Source of the DNA: an uncultured Alphaproteobacteria bacterium
Lineage (GTDB): Bacteria > Pseudomonadota > Alphaproteobacteria > Thalassobaculales > Thalassobaculaceae
Reading direction: 5' to 3'
Assembly (NCBI GenBank): GCA_937776645.1
Contig: CALMRI010000010.1
Location: 4,226-68,225, forward strand
DNA length: 64,000 bases
How positions within the stretch are numbered: the stretch's first letter is position 1; each line of letters starts with the position of its first letter. Below the pieces are notes generated by a model. That model saw nothing but the letters and a program-made list of their open reading frames with translations. It was not told where the DNA came from and did no database searches. A program made the translations under genes and the position numbers. Below, piece after piece: positions 31,852-40,366 of the stretch.

Positions 31852-32595
31852 TTATCCGAGAAACGCGCCGCCATTGACATGGATGGTTTGGCCGGTGACG
31901 AACGCGCCTTCCGGACGGACCATCGCGGCGATCTCCTCTACACGGCCAAACCGTCCCAGAGGGATGTTTTGCACCGCCCCGCTGGCCGGTCGAGCACCGG
32001 CCGAGGTGCCGCGTACGGTGTCGGTCGCGCCGGGGGCCACGCAATTGCAGGTGATCCCATGCGGCGCCAACTCCCTCGACAGCGCCCGAATGAGGCTTTC
32101 AAGCCCGGCCTTGGATGCCGAGACATGGCAGCGATCAAGCGTCCCGACCCGATGCGAAACACCGGACAGGGCGACGATCGTGCCACCGCCGCGTTCAACC
32201 ATCAGCGGCGCGCTGGCCCGGGCTAACAGGAACGCACCATCGAGGGCCACGGACAAAATCTCGCGCCATTCATCGAATTTCATCTCCAGGAACGGTGCCC
32301 GACGGCGCAGTCCGGCATTGCTGAGCAGAATATCCAGCCCGCCCATCTCCGCTTGCACCGTCTCGATCATTGCTGCTACCGCATCCGGGTCAGAGACGTC
32401 GGCGATACAGCCGATTGCCGTGCCGCCGAATGCCCGCACTGCCTCGACCGTCTCGTTCACGGCTGATTGGTCGGAGCGACCATTGACGACGTCCGCCGCG
32501 CCATCATCGGCCAGGGCCAAGGCGATGCCGCGGCCGATGTTTTTGCCGGCTCCGGTGACCAGAGCGATTTTCCCGTCAAGCGGTCTGCTAGCCAT
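31852..32595 (-). CDS. SDR-family oxidoreductase (FabG-like)
   Basis: LVTGAGKNIGRGIA cofactor motif and the catalytic region HVSASKAGLESL. Start at ATG 32595. Confidence 0.85.
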   Translation of the reverse strand: MASRPLDGKIALVTGAGKNIGRGIALALADDGAADVVNGRSDQSAVNETVEAVRAFGGTAIGCIADVSDPDAVAAMIETVQAEMGGLDILLSNAGLRRRAPFLEMKFDEWREILSVALDGAFLLARASAPLMVERGGGTIVALSGVSHRVGTLDRCHVSASKAGLESLIRALSRELAPHGITCNCVAPGATDTVRGTSAGARPASGAVQNIPLGRFGRVEEIAAMVRPEGAFVTGQTIHVNGGAFLG

Positions 32596-32769
32596 GATGA
32601 TCTCCGTTATCCAAAAAATAGATCTTAACGGTGATGCCTCGCCCGCCAAGTGTATCTCGTGGATTACAGATGGGTTGCGCGGGAGGGATGATTGTTCCAC
32701 CGTCCTGGCTCGCCTATAAGAGACTGGGTCCAAACTCGGGCCATGAAATACGCTTGGAGATCCTGGATC

Positions 32770-33831
32770 ATGTCGAAACTCAAGCTCGCCGTTATTCCCG
32801 GAGATGGCATCGGTTGGGAAGTGGTGCCCGAAGGCATCAAGGTGTTAGAGGCGGTTGGTGCCAAATATGACATCCAATACGAGTTCACCGAATATGATTG
32901 GGGCTGCGAGCGGTATCATAAGACCGGAAAATTGATGCCGGATGATGGCATCGAGACGTTGAAGGGGTTCGACTCGATCTTCCTAGGGGCCTGTGGCTAT
33001 CCCGGTGTGCCGGACCATGTCTCGCTCTGGGGGTTGCTGATCCCGATCCGCCGCGAGATGAAGCAATATGTGAACCTGCGACCGGTGCGGATGCTCAAGG
33101 GCATGCCATGCCCGCTGGCCAATCGCGGCCCAGAAGATATAGATTTCTGGGTAGTGCGTGAGAACAACGAAGGCGAATATTCGGAAATCGGCGGGCGGTT
33201 GCACCGTGGCACCGAATATGAGGTGGCGGTACAGGAATCGGTGTTCACCAAACACGGCACCGACCGGATCATGCGCTATGCCTTCGATCTGTGCCAGAAA
33301 TTGGGCCGGAAAAAGGTCACCTCGGCGACTAAATCGAACGGGATCATCCATACCATGCCGTTTTGGGATGAGCGCTTCGCGGCGATCTCGGCGGAATACC
33401 CGGATCTCGATACCGACCAATATCATATCGATATTCTGACAGCGAATTTTGTGCTGCATCCCGATTGGTTCGACGTGGTTGTCGGCTCCAATCTGTTCGG
33501 CGATATCCTCTCCGATCTGGGGCCGGCGATCGCCGGTTCGATCGCCATCGCGCCGTCGGCCAATATCAACCCGGAAGGCGATTACCCCTCGATGTTCGAG
33601 CCGGTACATGGCTCGGCCCCGGACATCGCCGGCAAAGGCATCGCCAACCCGATCGGTCAGATCTGGTCCGGCGCGATGCTGCTTGAGCATCACGGCCACA
33701 CCGAGGCTGCCGATGCGATCGTTCGAGCTTGCGAGGAGGTCATCTCTGGCGGTGGGCCGAAGACGCCGGATCTGGGAGGCCAGGCCAAAACGACCGATCT
33801 CGGTGACGCCATTGCCGCGGCGGTGCGATAG
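32770..33831 (+). CDS. tartrate dehydrogenase / 3-isopropylmalate dehydrogenase family
   Basis: KLAVIPGDGIGWEVVPEG, VRENNEGEYS and GSNLFGDILSDLG motifs in a 354-aa protein. Confidence 0.8.
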   Translation: MSKLKLAVIPGDGIGWEVVPEGIKVLEAVGAKYDIQYEFTEYDWGCERYHKTGKLMPDDGIETLKGFDSIFLGACGYPGVPDHVSLWGLLIPIRREMKQYVNLRPVRMLKGMPCPLANRGPEDIDFWVVRENNEGEYSEIGGRLHRGTEYEVAVQESVFTKHGTDRIMRYAFDLCQKLGRKKVTSATKSNGIIHTMPFWDERFAAISAEYPDLDTDQYHIDILTANFVLHPDWFDVVVGSNLFGDILSDLGPAIAGSIAIAPSANINPEGDYPSMFEPVHGSAPDIAGKGIANPIGQIWSGAMLLEHHGHTEAADAIVRACEEVISGGGPKTPDLGGQAKTTDLGDAIAAAVR

Positions 33832-33898
33832 CGTCCTTGCGTTAACCTGATCAACCGTCTATCCGGCCTTCGCGAGATACATGTACCGGGAGTGGATA

Positions 33899-34678
33899 AT
33901 GCGCGGCAGAACGGCAGTGGTGACGGGTTCGACCAGCGGAATTGGCAAAGGAATTACCAGGGCACTTGCCGAGGCTGGCACCAATGTGATGCTGAATGGC
34001 TTTGGCGATACTGGCGAGATTGAGGCACAACGGGCCGATATCGAGGCTCGATTTGGCATCAAGGCCAATTATCACGGCGCCGATATGACCAAGCCGGCGG
34101 AAATCCGTGACCTTATCGCCGAGGCCGAGGGGCAGTTTGGTCAGGTCGACATCCTGGTCAACAACGCCGGCATCCAGCACACCGATGAGATCGAGGATTT
34201 TCCGGATGAGCGCTGGGACGAGGTGATCGCAATCAACCTGTCCTCCTCGTTCCACACCACCAAGGCCGCAATCAACGGGATGAAGCAGCGTGGCTGGGGC
34301 CGGATTATCAATATCGCTTCGGTGCATGGGCTCGTCGCCTCGGTGCAGAAGGTCGCCTATATCGCTGCCAAGCACGGCTTGATCGGCATGACCAAGGTGA
34401 CGGCGCTGGAGGCGGCGGGAACCGGGGTGACCTGCAACGCAATCTGCCCAGGTTGGGTGAAAACACCGTTGGTCATGGCGCAAATTCAGGCCCGCGCCGA
34501 CCAGGATGGAATTTCAACCGACCAGGCGACTATCAATCTGCTGCGGGAGAAGCAGCCCTCGGGTCAGTTCACCACCATCGAGCAGCTTGGCGCCACGGCG
34601 GTGTTTCTGTGCAGTGATGCGGCATCGAACATGTCCGGCGCAACCATGACCTTGGATGGGGCCTGGAGCGCGCAGTAA
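33899..34678 (+). CDS. bdhA: 3-hydroxybutyrate dehydrogenase-like SDR
   Basis: AVVTGSTSGIGKGITRALAEAGTNVMLNGFGD, NNAGIQH and YIAAKHG motifs. Confidence 0.75.
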   Translation: MRGRTAVVTGSTSGIGKGITRALAEAGTNVMLNGFGDTGEIEAQRADIEARFGIKANYHGADMTKPAEIRDLIAEAEGQFGQVDILVNNAGIQHTDEIEDFPDERWDEVIAINLSSSFHTTKAAINGMKQRGWGRIINIASVHGLVASVQKVAYIAAKHGLIGMTKVTALEAAGTGVTCNAICPGWVKTPLVMAQIQARADQDGISTDQATINLLREKQPSGQFTTIEQLGATAVFLCSDAASNMSGATMTLDGAWSAQ

Positions 34679-34687
34679 CTGCGGCGA

Positions 34688-35185
34688 TCAATTTTTATGG
34701 GCGCCATGCCCCGCGCTTTTCGCCCCCACCGCAAGGACCGGAACGGAGACGGTGATCTCACCGGCCTTTTCAAATACCAGGACGAACGGAAAACTCTTCC
34801 CCATTCGTAAAGGCGCCTTTAGTCCCATCAACATCAGATGATTACCGCCCGGCTTGAACACGGCCATACCCTTGGCCGGGATCGGGACAGCTTTGAGCGG
34901 TCGCATCTTCATCACGCCATCCTGGTGCAGATGCGTATGCAGCGAGACTTTTTCAGCGATGGTAACCGTGGCGCCGATCAGCCGGTCCGGGTGATCTGTC
35001 GGGTTGTGGATAGTCAGATAGGCGGCGCCGGTTTTCCCCGACCCAATTGTCGCTCTGGCAAAAGCGCCCTCTATCGAGAGTGATGTCCCGTGCGACCCGG
35101 ATCTAGCGAATGCCGGCGGATGCAGGGCGACCGCAAAGGCGAACCACACGGCAAAACCAACTGAAAAGATAGCAGCGCGAGACAT
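34688..35185 (-). CDS. periplasmic copper chaperone PCu(A)C
   Basis: Signal peptide plus AAYLTIHN..H.H....MKM..GGNHLMLMGL, a copper-binding H/M motif. Confidence 0.8.
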   Translation of the reverse strand: MSRAAIFSVGFAVWFAFAVALHPPAFARSGSHGTSLSIEGAFARATIGSGKTGAAYLTIHNPTDHPDRLIGATVTIAEKVSLHTHLHQDGVMKMRPLKAVPIPAKGMAVFKPGGNHLMLMGLKAPLRMGKSFPFVLVFEKAGEITVSVPVLAVGAKSAGHGAHKN

Positions 35186-35428
35186 GGCGAGGATCCAGCC
35201 TGATTTTGATGCTAAATATAGCGTAGTGCAAGGTCGATAAACAGTGAACTACAGTACCTTATCTAGGAAAATCACAAAACATTGAGGCGGCCTCCGGCGG
35301 GGGAATGACCGTTTGAAATGTTGTTGGCGCAAATTCTTGGCTCGAGGCTCGGAGAGTCTTGTTGACGCTCGTTCCGGGCGGCTTTACGGTCCGTGAAGGG
35401 CAAGTTGAACAGGGATCTTAGATCCAAG

Positions 35429-35474
35429 AAAAATAAAAAAAGGGTCGCGTTCGCGCGGCCCTTTCTAATTTTCA
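35429..35474. terminator. orphan bidirectional terminator-like hairpin in a divergent intergenic region
   Basis: A-tract (gaaaaataaaaaaa), then a 9-bp stem (35442-35450 with 35555... corrected to 35455-35463) closing a TTCG tetraloop, then T-rich ctttctaatttt. On the minus strand the stem is followed by TTTTTTTATTTTT. Confidence 0.45.
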
Positions 35475-35559
35475 ACTCCTTCTTTCTCGGTCGCTCGCGC
35501 CTCTAGTAGAGTAGCTGTGGGCCACTTGTGGAACGCCGTCTTCAACGGAGGGTTTACCC

Positions 35560-36867
35560 ATGACATCGTCTGGAAATATATACGGGTTAGACACCCTGTC
35601 CCTGCATGCTGGGCAGCAGCCGGATCCGGTGACCGGCGCTCGGGCGGTGCCGATTTATCAGACCACGTCCTACGTCTTTCGCGACGTTGACCACGCCGCC
35701 TCGTTGTTCAATCTGGAGCGGGCTGGGCATATCTATTCGCGCATCTCTAACCCCACCGTCGCGGTGCTGGAAGAGCGGATTGCGGCGTTGGAAGGCGGGG
35801 TTGGCTCGGTGGCGACGGCCAGTGGTCATGCCGCGCTGGTACTGGGCATTCTGACATTGATGGGCCAAGGTGGGCACATCGTGGCGTCGAGTGCGTTGTA
35901 TGGCGGCAGTCACAATCTGTTCAGCCACACTCTGCCGCGCTTCGGGATTGAGACCACTAAGGTGCATCCTCGCGATCTGGATGGTTTCCGCGCGGCGATC
36001 CGCCCAGAGACCCGGTTGGTGTTTGGCGAGACCATCGGCAATCCCGGACTTGAGGTGATGGATCTGGAGGCGATGGCCGAAATCGCGCACGAAGCAGGAA
36101 TACCGCTGATGGTCGATTCGACCTTTGCCACGCCATATCTTTGTCGGCCTTTCGAGCATGGCGCCGATCTGATCGTGCATTCCGCCACCAAATGGCTTGG
36201 CGGGCACGGGGTGGCGATCGGTGGGGTGCTGGTTGATGGCGGTAAATTCGATTGGGAAGCCTCGGGCAAGTTTCCTACATTGACCGAACCTTATGCGGGT
36301 TATCACGGCATCGACTTCGCCGAGGAATTCGGCCCTCAAGCCTTTGTCATGCGCGCCCGGGCCGAAGGATTGCGCGATTTCGGAGCTTGCATGGCGCCGG
36401 CGACCGCCTTTCATATCCTGCAAGGCGTCGAGACCTTGCCGTTGCGCATGGATCGACACGTCGCCAATGCCCGCAAAGTCGCGGCGTTCCTGGATGGCTC
36501 GGACGCAGTCGAATGGGTGGCTTATCCGGAACTCGACAGTCACCCGGACAAGGCATTGGCTATGCGGCTGATGCCGAAGGGTGCCGGCTCGATGATCGCG
36601 TTCGGTATCAAGGGCGGGCGCGAGGCCGGCCGGCACTTCATTGAACGACTGGCGATCTGGTCGCATCTCGCCAATGTTGGTGACGCCAAGTCCCTGGTGA
36701 TCCATCCAGCCAGCACGACCCATCAACAGATGGATGCCGAGACGATGAAGGCTGCGGGGTTGTCCGAAGATCTGGTGCGGCTATCGGTCGGATTAGAAAG
36801 CCTGGATGACCTGATCACCGATCTGCGTCAGGCGCTGCGTGCCCCCACCCTTCGCGAGGCAGGTTGA
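35560..36867 (+). CDS. metY: O-acetylhomoserine aminocarboxypropyltransferase (sulfhydrylase)
   Basis: LSLHAGQQPDPVTGARAVPIYQTTSYVF and HSATKWLGGHG (PLP lysine), 435 aa, GGAGGG Shine-Dalgarno. Confidence 0.9.
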   Translation: MTSSGNIYGLDTLSLHAGQQPDPVTGARAVPIYQTTSYVFRDVDHAASLFNLERAGHIYSRISNPTVAVLEERIAALEGGVGSVATASGHAALVLGILTLMGQGGHIVASSALYGGSHNLFSHTLPRFGIETTKVHPRDLDGFRAAIRPETRLVFGETIGNPGLEVMDLEAMAEIAHEAGIPLMVDSTFATPYLCRPFEHGADLIVHSATKWLGGHGVAIGGVLVDGGKFDWEASGKFPTLTEPYAGYHGIDFAEEFGPQAFVMRARAEGLRDFGACMAPATAFHILQGVETLPLRMDRHVANARKVAAFLDGSDAVEWVAYPELDSHPDKALAMRLMPKGAGSMIAFGIKGGREAGRHFIERLAIWSHLANVGDAKSLVIHPASTTHQQMDAETMKAAGLSEDLVRLSVGLESLDDLITDLRQALRAPTLREAG

Positions 36868-37682
36868 TCATGGAGTTGAGTGTTGCCGGCAAGCTGGCCT
36901 TCTTCGCGACCGGAGGCCGGTCGTTCGACCGGGGCAAACCGGCCCTAGTCATGGTGCATGGCGCTGGGATGGACCATACTGTCTGGTCGATGCAAGCCCG
37001 GTTCTTTGCCCATCACGGGTTCTCGGTGATGAATCCAGACTTACCGGGGCATGGACGGTCCGAGGGGCCGGCCCCGACAACGATCCCGGACTATACCGAT
37101 TGGCTGGCGAGCGCGATTGACCTGGCTGGCGCCCGGGATGTGCACCTGATCGGCCATTCCATGGGCTCTATGATCTCTTTGAAGTTGGTGGCCCGGCCGG
37201 ACAGCGCGATCCGCAAGCTGGCACTGCTCGGCACGTTGCCGCATATCCAAGTCGCCCCGGCCCTGCTCAGGGCCGCCGAGAACAACGACCATTCGGCCTA
37301 CGAGAGCATTGTCGGCTGGGGCGTTGGACGGCGCGCACAAATCGGCGGGCATCGGGCGCCAGGGTCCTGGATCTCGGGAACCAGCATGCGATTGCTGGAA
37401 TCCGGTCAACCGGGCGTTCTCGGCAACGATCTGGGGGCCTGCGATCGCTGGCCGGACGGGTTGGAGGCGGCGAAGAACGTGTCTTGCCCGACCTTGCTGT
37501 TGCTTGGCGCCGACGACCGAATGACCCCGGCCCGTGGCGCGGCCCCTTTATCAGAGACCATCGCCGACTGCCGGACGACGGTTCTTGCCGGCGCCGGTCA
37601 TATGATGATGGCCGAGCAACCGGAAGAAACATTGGATGCGCTCGCTGGTTTCTTTTTCGAAGACACGGGGAAAGACTCGTAA
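36864..37682 (+). CDS. alpha/beta-fold hydrolase
   Basis: LVMVHGAGMDHTVW and nucleophile elbow LIGHSMGS. It overlaps the metY stop. Confidence 0.75.
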   Translation: MIMELSVAGKLAFFATGGRSFDRGKPALVMVHGAGMDHTVWSMQARFFAHHGFSVMNPDLPGHGRSEGPAPTTIPDYTDWLASAIDLAGARDVHLIGHSMGSMISLKLVARPDSAIRKLALLGTLPHIQVAPALLRAAENNDHSAYESIVGWGVGRRAQIGGHRAPGSWISGTSMRLLESGQPGVLGNDLGACDRWPDGLEAAKNVSCPTLLLLGADDRMTPARGAAPLSETIADCRTTVLAGAGHMMMAEQPEETLDALAGFFFEDTGKDS

Positions 37683-38011
37683 TGAACGCCGCGCCGGAGC
37701 TGCCAGAGACCCGGGACCGCTATGCTTGGTTTGTAGATATCCCGACCCGCTGGATGGGTGTGGACGTCTACGGACATGTGAACAATGTCGAGTATTATTC
37801 CTATTTCGATATGGCGGCGGCGGCACACCTGATCGGACATGCCGGCCTAGACCCACACACCAGCCCGGTGATCGGTCTGTTCCGCCAAGATGATGACGAG
37901 CCGGCTGCGACGGGCTATTTCGTGCATGTTTATGTGGATCGGGAATCGCAGAAGCCGGCGTCGATTCCAGCTGAGCGACGTGTGGCTCTGGAACAGCTCG
38001 TCATGAAATAA
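37682..38011 (+). pseudogene. 4HBT-fold acyl-CoA thioesterase with an apparent in-frame internal deletion (109 aa)
   Basis: The N-terminal motif (TRWMGVDVYGHVNNVEYYSYFD) and the C-terminal motif (AATGYFVHVYVDRESQKPASIPAERR) are present. About 40 residues of the central sheet expected between them are missing. Confidence 0.5.
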
Positions 38012-38045
38012 GGCCGGTCTCGTTTTTGAGACCGGCCTCGTTTCG
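38012..38045. terminator. bidirectional terminator between convergent thioesterase and hsp20 genes
   Basis: ggccggtctc-gttttt-gagaccggcc forms a 10-bp stem with T-rich flanks on both strands. Confidence 0.55.
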
Positions 38046-38077
38046 CCGAAAAGTTTCGGGCTATTCAATATTGGTCG

Positions 38078-38542
38078 TTAGGCCGCCGTTTTCTCCAATT
38101 TTGGCGCGCCGGAGCCAATCGCGATCCGTCGAGGTTTCTTTGCCTCGGGGACCTCGCGAACAAGATGGATATGCAGCAGGCCGTTCTCAATCTCGGCGCC
38201 GCTCACGATGATGTGGTCGGCCAGATCGAATCGGCGTTCGAAGGCACGCGCGGCGATCCCGCGGTGCAGGAAGGTTGCGGTTTCGCCTTCCTCCTTCTTC
38301 TCGGCCTTGCCGGAGACGGTAAGGTTGCTCTCCTTGACGGTGATATCGATATCGGCCTCGCTGAAACCGGCGACCGCCATGGTGATGCGATAGGCGTCCT
38401 CGCCCACTTTTTCGATGTTGTAAGGCGGGTAGTTCGGTTGCGTCGCCGTGCCTGAGGTCTGATTGGCCGCGTCAATGAGGCGCGCCATGCGATCAAAGCC
38501 GATGGTGGAACGGAAGGCCGGGGAAAAATCGATCGTACGCAT
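38078..38542 (-). CDS. small heat-shock protein, Hsp20/alpha-crystallin family
   Basis: PPYNIEKVGEDAYRITMAVAGFSEADIDITVKESNLTVSG matches IbpA-like sHSPs. The ATG at 38542 is preceded by AGGAGG. Confidence 0.85.
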   Translation of the reverse strand: MRTIDFSPAFRSTIGFDRMARLIDAANQTSGTATQPNYPPYNIEKVGEDAYRITMAVAGFSEADIDITVKESNLTVSGKAEKKEEGETATFLHRGIAARAFERRFDLADHIIVSGAEIENGLLHIHLVREVPEAKKPRRIAIGSGAPKLEKTAA

Positions 38543-38648
38543 TGTCCAAATCCTCCTTGGAAGCAAACTGGACGTTTCAGGGGCCCGCCAATTGGCCGAG
38601 CCGGTTTGAGTGCGTTCCGATCCCGCTATCGGCGATCGGAACACTCAA
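38543..38648 (-). promoter_or_regulatory. ROSE-like RNA thermometer in the hsp20 5' leader
   Basis: Minus-strand leader: ...GTCCAGTTTGCTTCCAAGGAGGATTTGGACAATG. The UUGCU element pairs with the AGGAG Shine-Dalgarno and leaves a bulged G, with an outer GUCCA/UGGAC stem. An upstream hairpin is GTGTTCCGATC..GATCGGAACGCAC. A sigma70-like TTGAAG-N17-ACGTAT lies about 105 nt upstream of the ATG. Confidence 0.55.
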
Positions 38649-38746
38649 TACGTAAGATCTGGGAGGATCGCTTCAAGAGTGCCGGGAAGAAATTGTTCGG
38701 AAGCCCCGTTATTAGGCGACCCAATCAAAAGGCGGGCCAATCAATA

Positions 38747-38772
38747 GAGGTGCAACGAAAAACAGGCGCTTG
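38747..38772 (-). terminator. rho-independent terminator after rpmE
   Basis: Minus strand: GGCGCT-TTCA-AGCGCC followed by TGTTTTTCG. Confidence 0.5.
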
Positions 38773-38806
38773 AAAGCGCCCGTCACCAGCAAAAAATTGT
38801 TTGCTG

Positions 38807-39031
38807 CTAGTCCTTAATGCCAAGCCCGGCGAAACGCTTGTTGAACTGCGCAACACGGCCACCCTGATCAAGCACCCGGCGTTGTCCGGTCCAGGCGGGA
38901 TGCGATTTCGGATCAATATCCAGGCGCATCACATCGCCCGCCGCACCCCAGGTCGACTTGGTGGTGTACTCAGTGCCATCGGTCATGATGATGGTAATTT
39001 CGTGGTACTCTGGATGAATATCCGCCTTCAT
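38807..39031 (-). CDS. rpmE: 50S ribosomal protein L31
   Basis: [29 protein letters not shown]...FNKRFAG. Confidence 0.92.
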   Translation of the reverse strand: MKADIHPEYHEITIIMTDGTEYTTKSTWGAAGDVMRLDIDPKSHPAWTGQRRVLDQGGRVAQFNKRFAGLGIKD

Positions 39032-39283
39032 CGTGTCTGCTCCCGCGCCGGTGCGCATCTAAACCAAAACTTTGCCCCAAGGCGCGCTGATATAGCCGGT
39101 TCCGCTGGCCGACACAAGAGGTAAGCGGGACCATGTCGGAGCGATCCGCGTGGCAAACAGGTCTTCCAGGTCCTACGACGGTTAAGACGGGGAGCTACCA
39201 GGGCGATCACCTCCCTTGCGTGAAGCCGGTGGGCGCAGGCTCATGGCGTCGATGTCAGTGGAGACGCCCAAGGGAAGATAACG

Positions 39284-40286
39284 ATGAGCCTCGCTTACCA
39301 AGACCCGCTGAGCGCGCGTCCGGCCGCTTCTGACGATGAAATTTCGGTCCTCGACCTCGGACCTTATCGTGCTGGAGTGTCTGGGGCGTTGGAACGCTTG
39401 GGTCTGCAGATGCGTTACGCCTGCGAGAATGTCGGGTTCTATTTTATAGTGAGCCATGGTGTTACCCCCGCACAAATGGACTAGGTTTTCGCCCAGGTGG
39501 CTCGGTTCCACGCCCTACCGGTTGAGTTCCAACAGGCGCTGAAGGTGAACGAATATCAGGTCGGCTAGATGCCTTATAAGGGCTATACCTCTCGGCCATC
39601 GCGGATCCATGAGAATACTCAACCGAACCCGAACGCCACCTATTTTCTGGAACACGACTTGGCGCCGGATCATCCGGACGTGGTCTCGGGCCGGCGCTAT
39701 CGGGGGGATGAACTAATGGCCGGAACCGTCGAACTTGCCTGGGTTCCGCGAAGCCTTGGTTGACTATTGCCAGGCGACCAAGGTGGTGGCGTTTCGGTTG
39801 TTGCCGATCTACGCCAAGGCCTTGGAACTCGACGACAATTATTTCGCCGAGGCGTTCAATGAAGCGCAATACTCCCTTCGTCTGACCCATTACCCAACGG
39901 TGCCGGCACAAGCGATTGAGGACAATCAGTTCGCGCTGGCGCCGCATACGGATTCTAGCTTCATGACCCTGTTGCCGCAAAATCAGGTGCCCGGCCTAGC
40001 TATCAGGATGGCCTCGGGAGAATGGGGCGAGCTACCGGCGCTGCCCGGTACCTTTCTGGTCAACATTGGTAACATAATGCAGCGCTGGGGCAATCATCGG
40101 TTCTTGTCCACACCGCACCGGGTCGTGCATCGTGAGGCTCGGGACCGTTATGCTGCGCCGTTTTTCTTCAACTGCGGTATCGACGCGGTGATGGCGTGTT
40201 TTGCGACCGGCGTCAGTGACGACAATCCGGCCCGCCATGAGCCGACGACCCATACCGAATATATACTTTGGTTCGGATCCCAGTAA
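39284..40286 (+). pseudogene. 2OG-Fe(II) oxygenase (isopenicillin-N-synthase-like family) with three nonsense codons and one frameshift
   Basis: One frame is interrupted by TAG at 39482-39484 and TAG at 39566-39568. The frame shifts in the G6 run at 39702-39707, and TAA at 39714-39716 immediately precedes WPEPSNLPGFRE. The C-terminal half keeps HTDSSFMTLL...STPHRV. Confidence 0.75.
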
Positions 40287-40366
40287 CCGAACATCAAGGC
40301 CTAGCCGGGCGAGAAGGTGGTGCGGTGGATTGAGCGGTCTCAGCCCTCAACTACTCCCAGGCCCAA

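Noticed and set aside
35272-35475. 67-aa minus-strand ORF in the metY upstream spacer
   Set aside because: It has a TTG start directly abutting GGAG with no spacer. The ORF reads straight through the terminator hairpin and the T-tract, and its sequence is low-complexity.
35186-35559. SAM-II (or other SAM) riboswitch upstream of metY
   Set aside because: The context is right for an alphaproteobacterial methionine gene. However, I could not find the 3' AAAGC(U) pseudoknot element or the expected GCUU loop partner. I make no claim without a covariance-model search.
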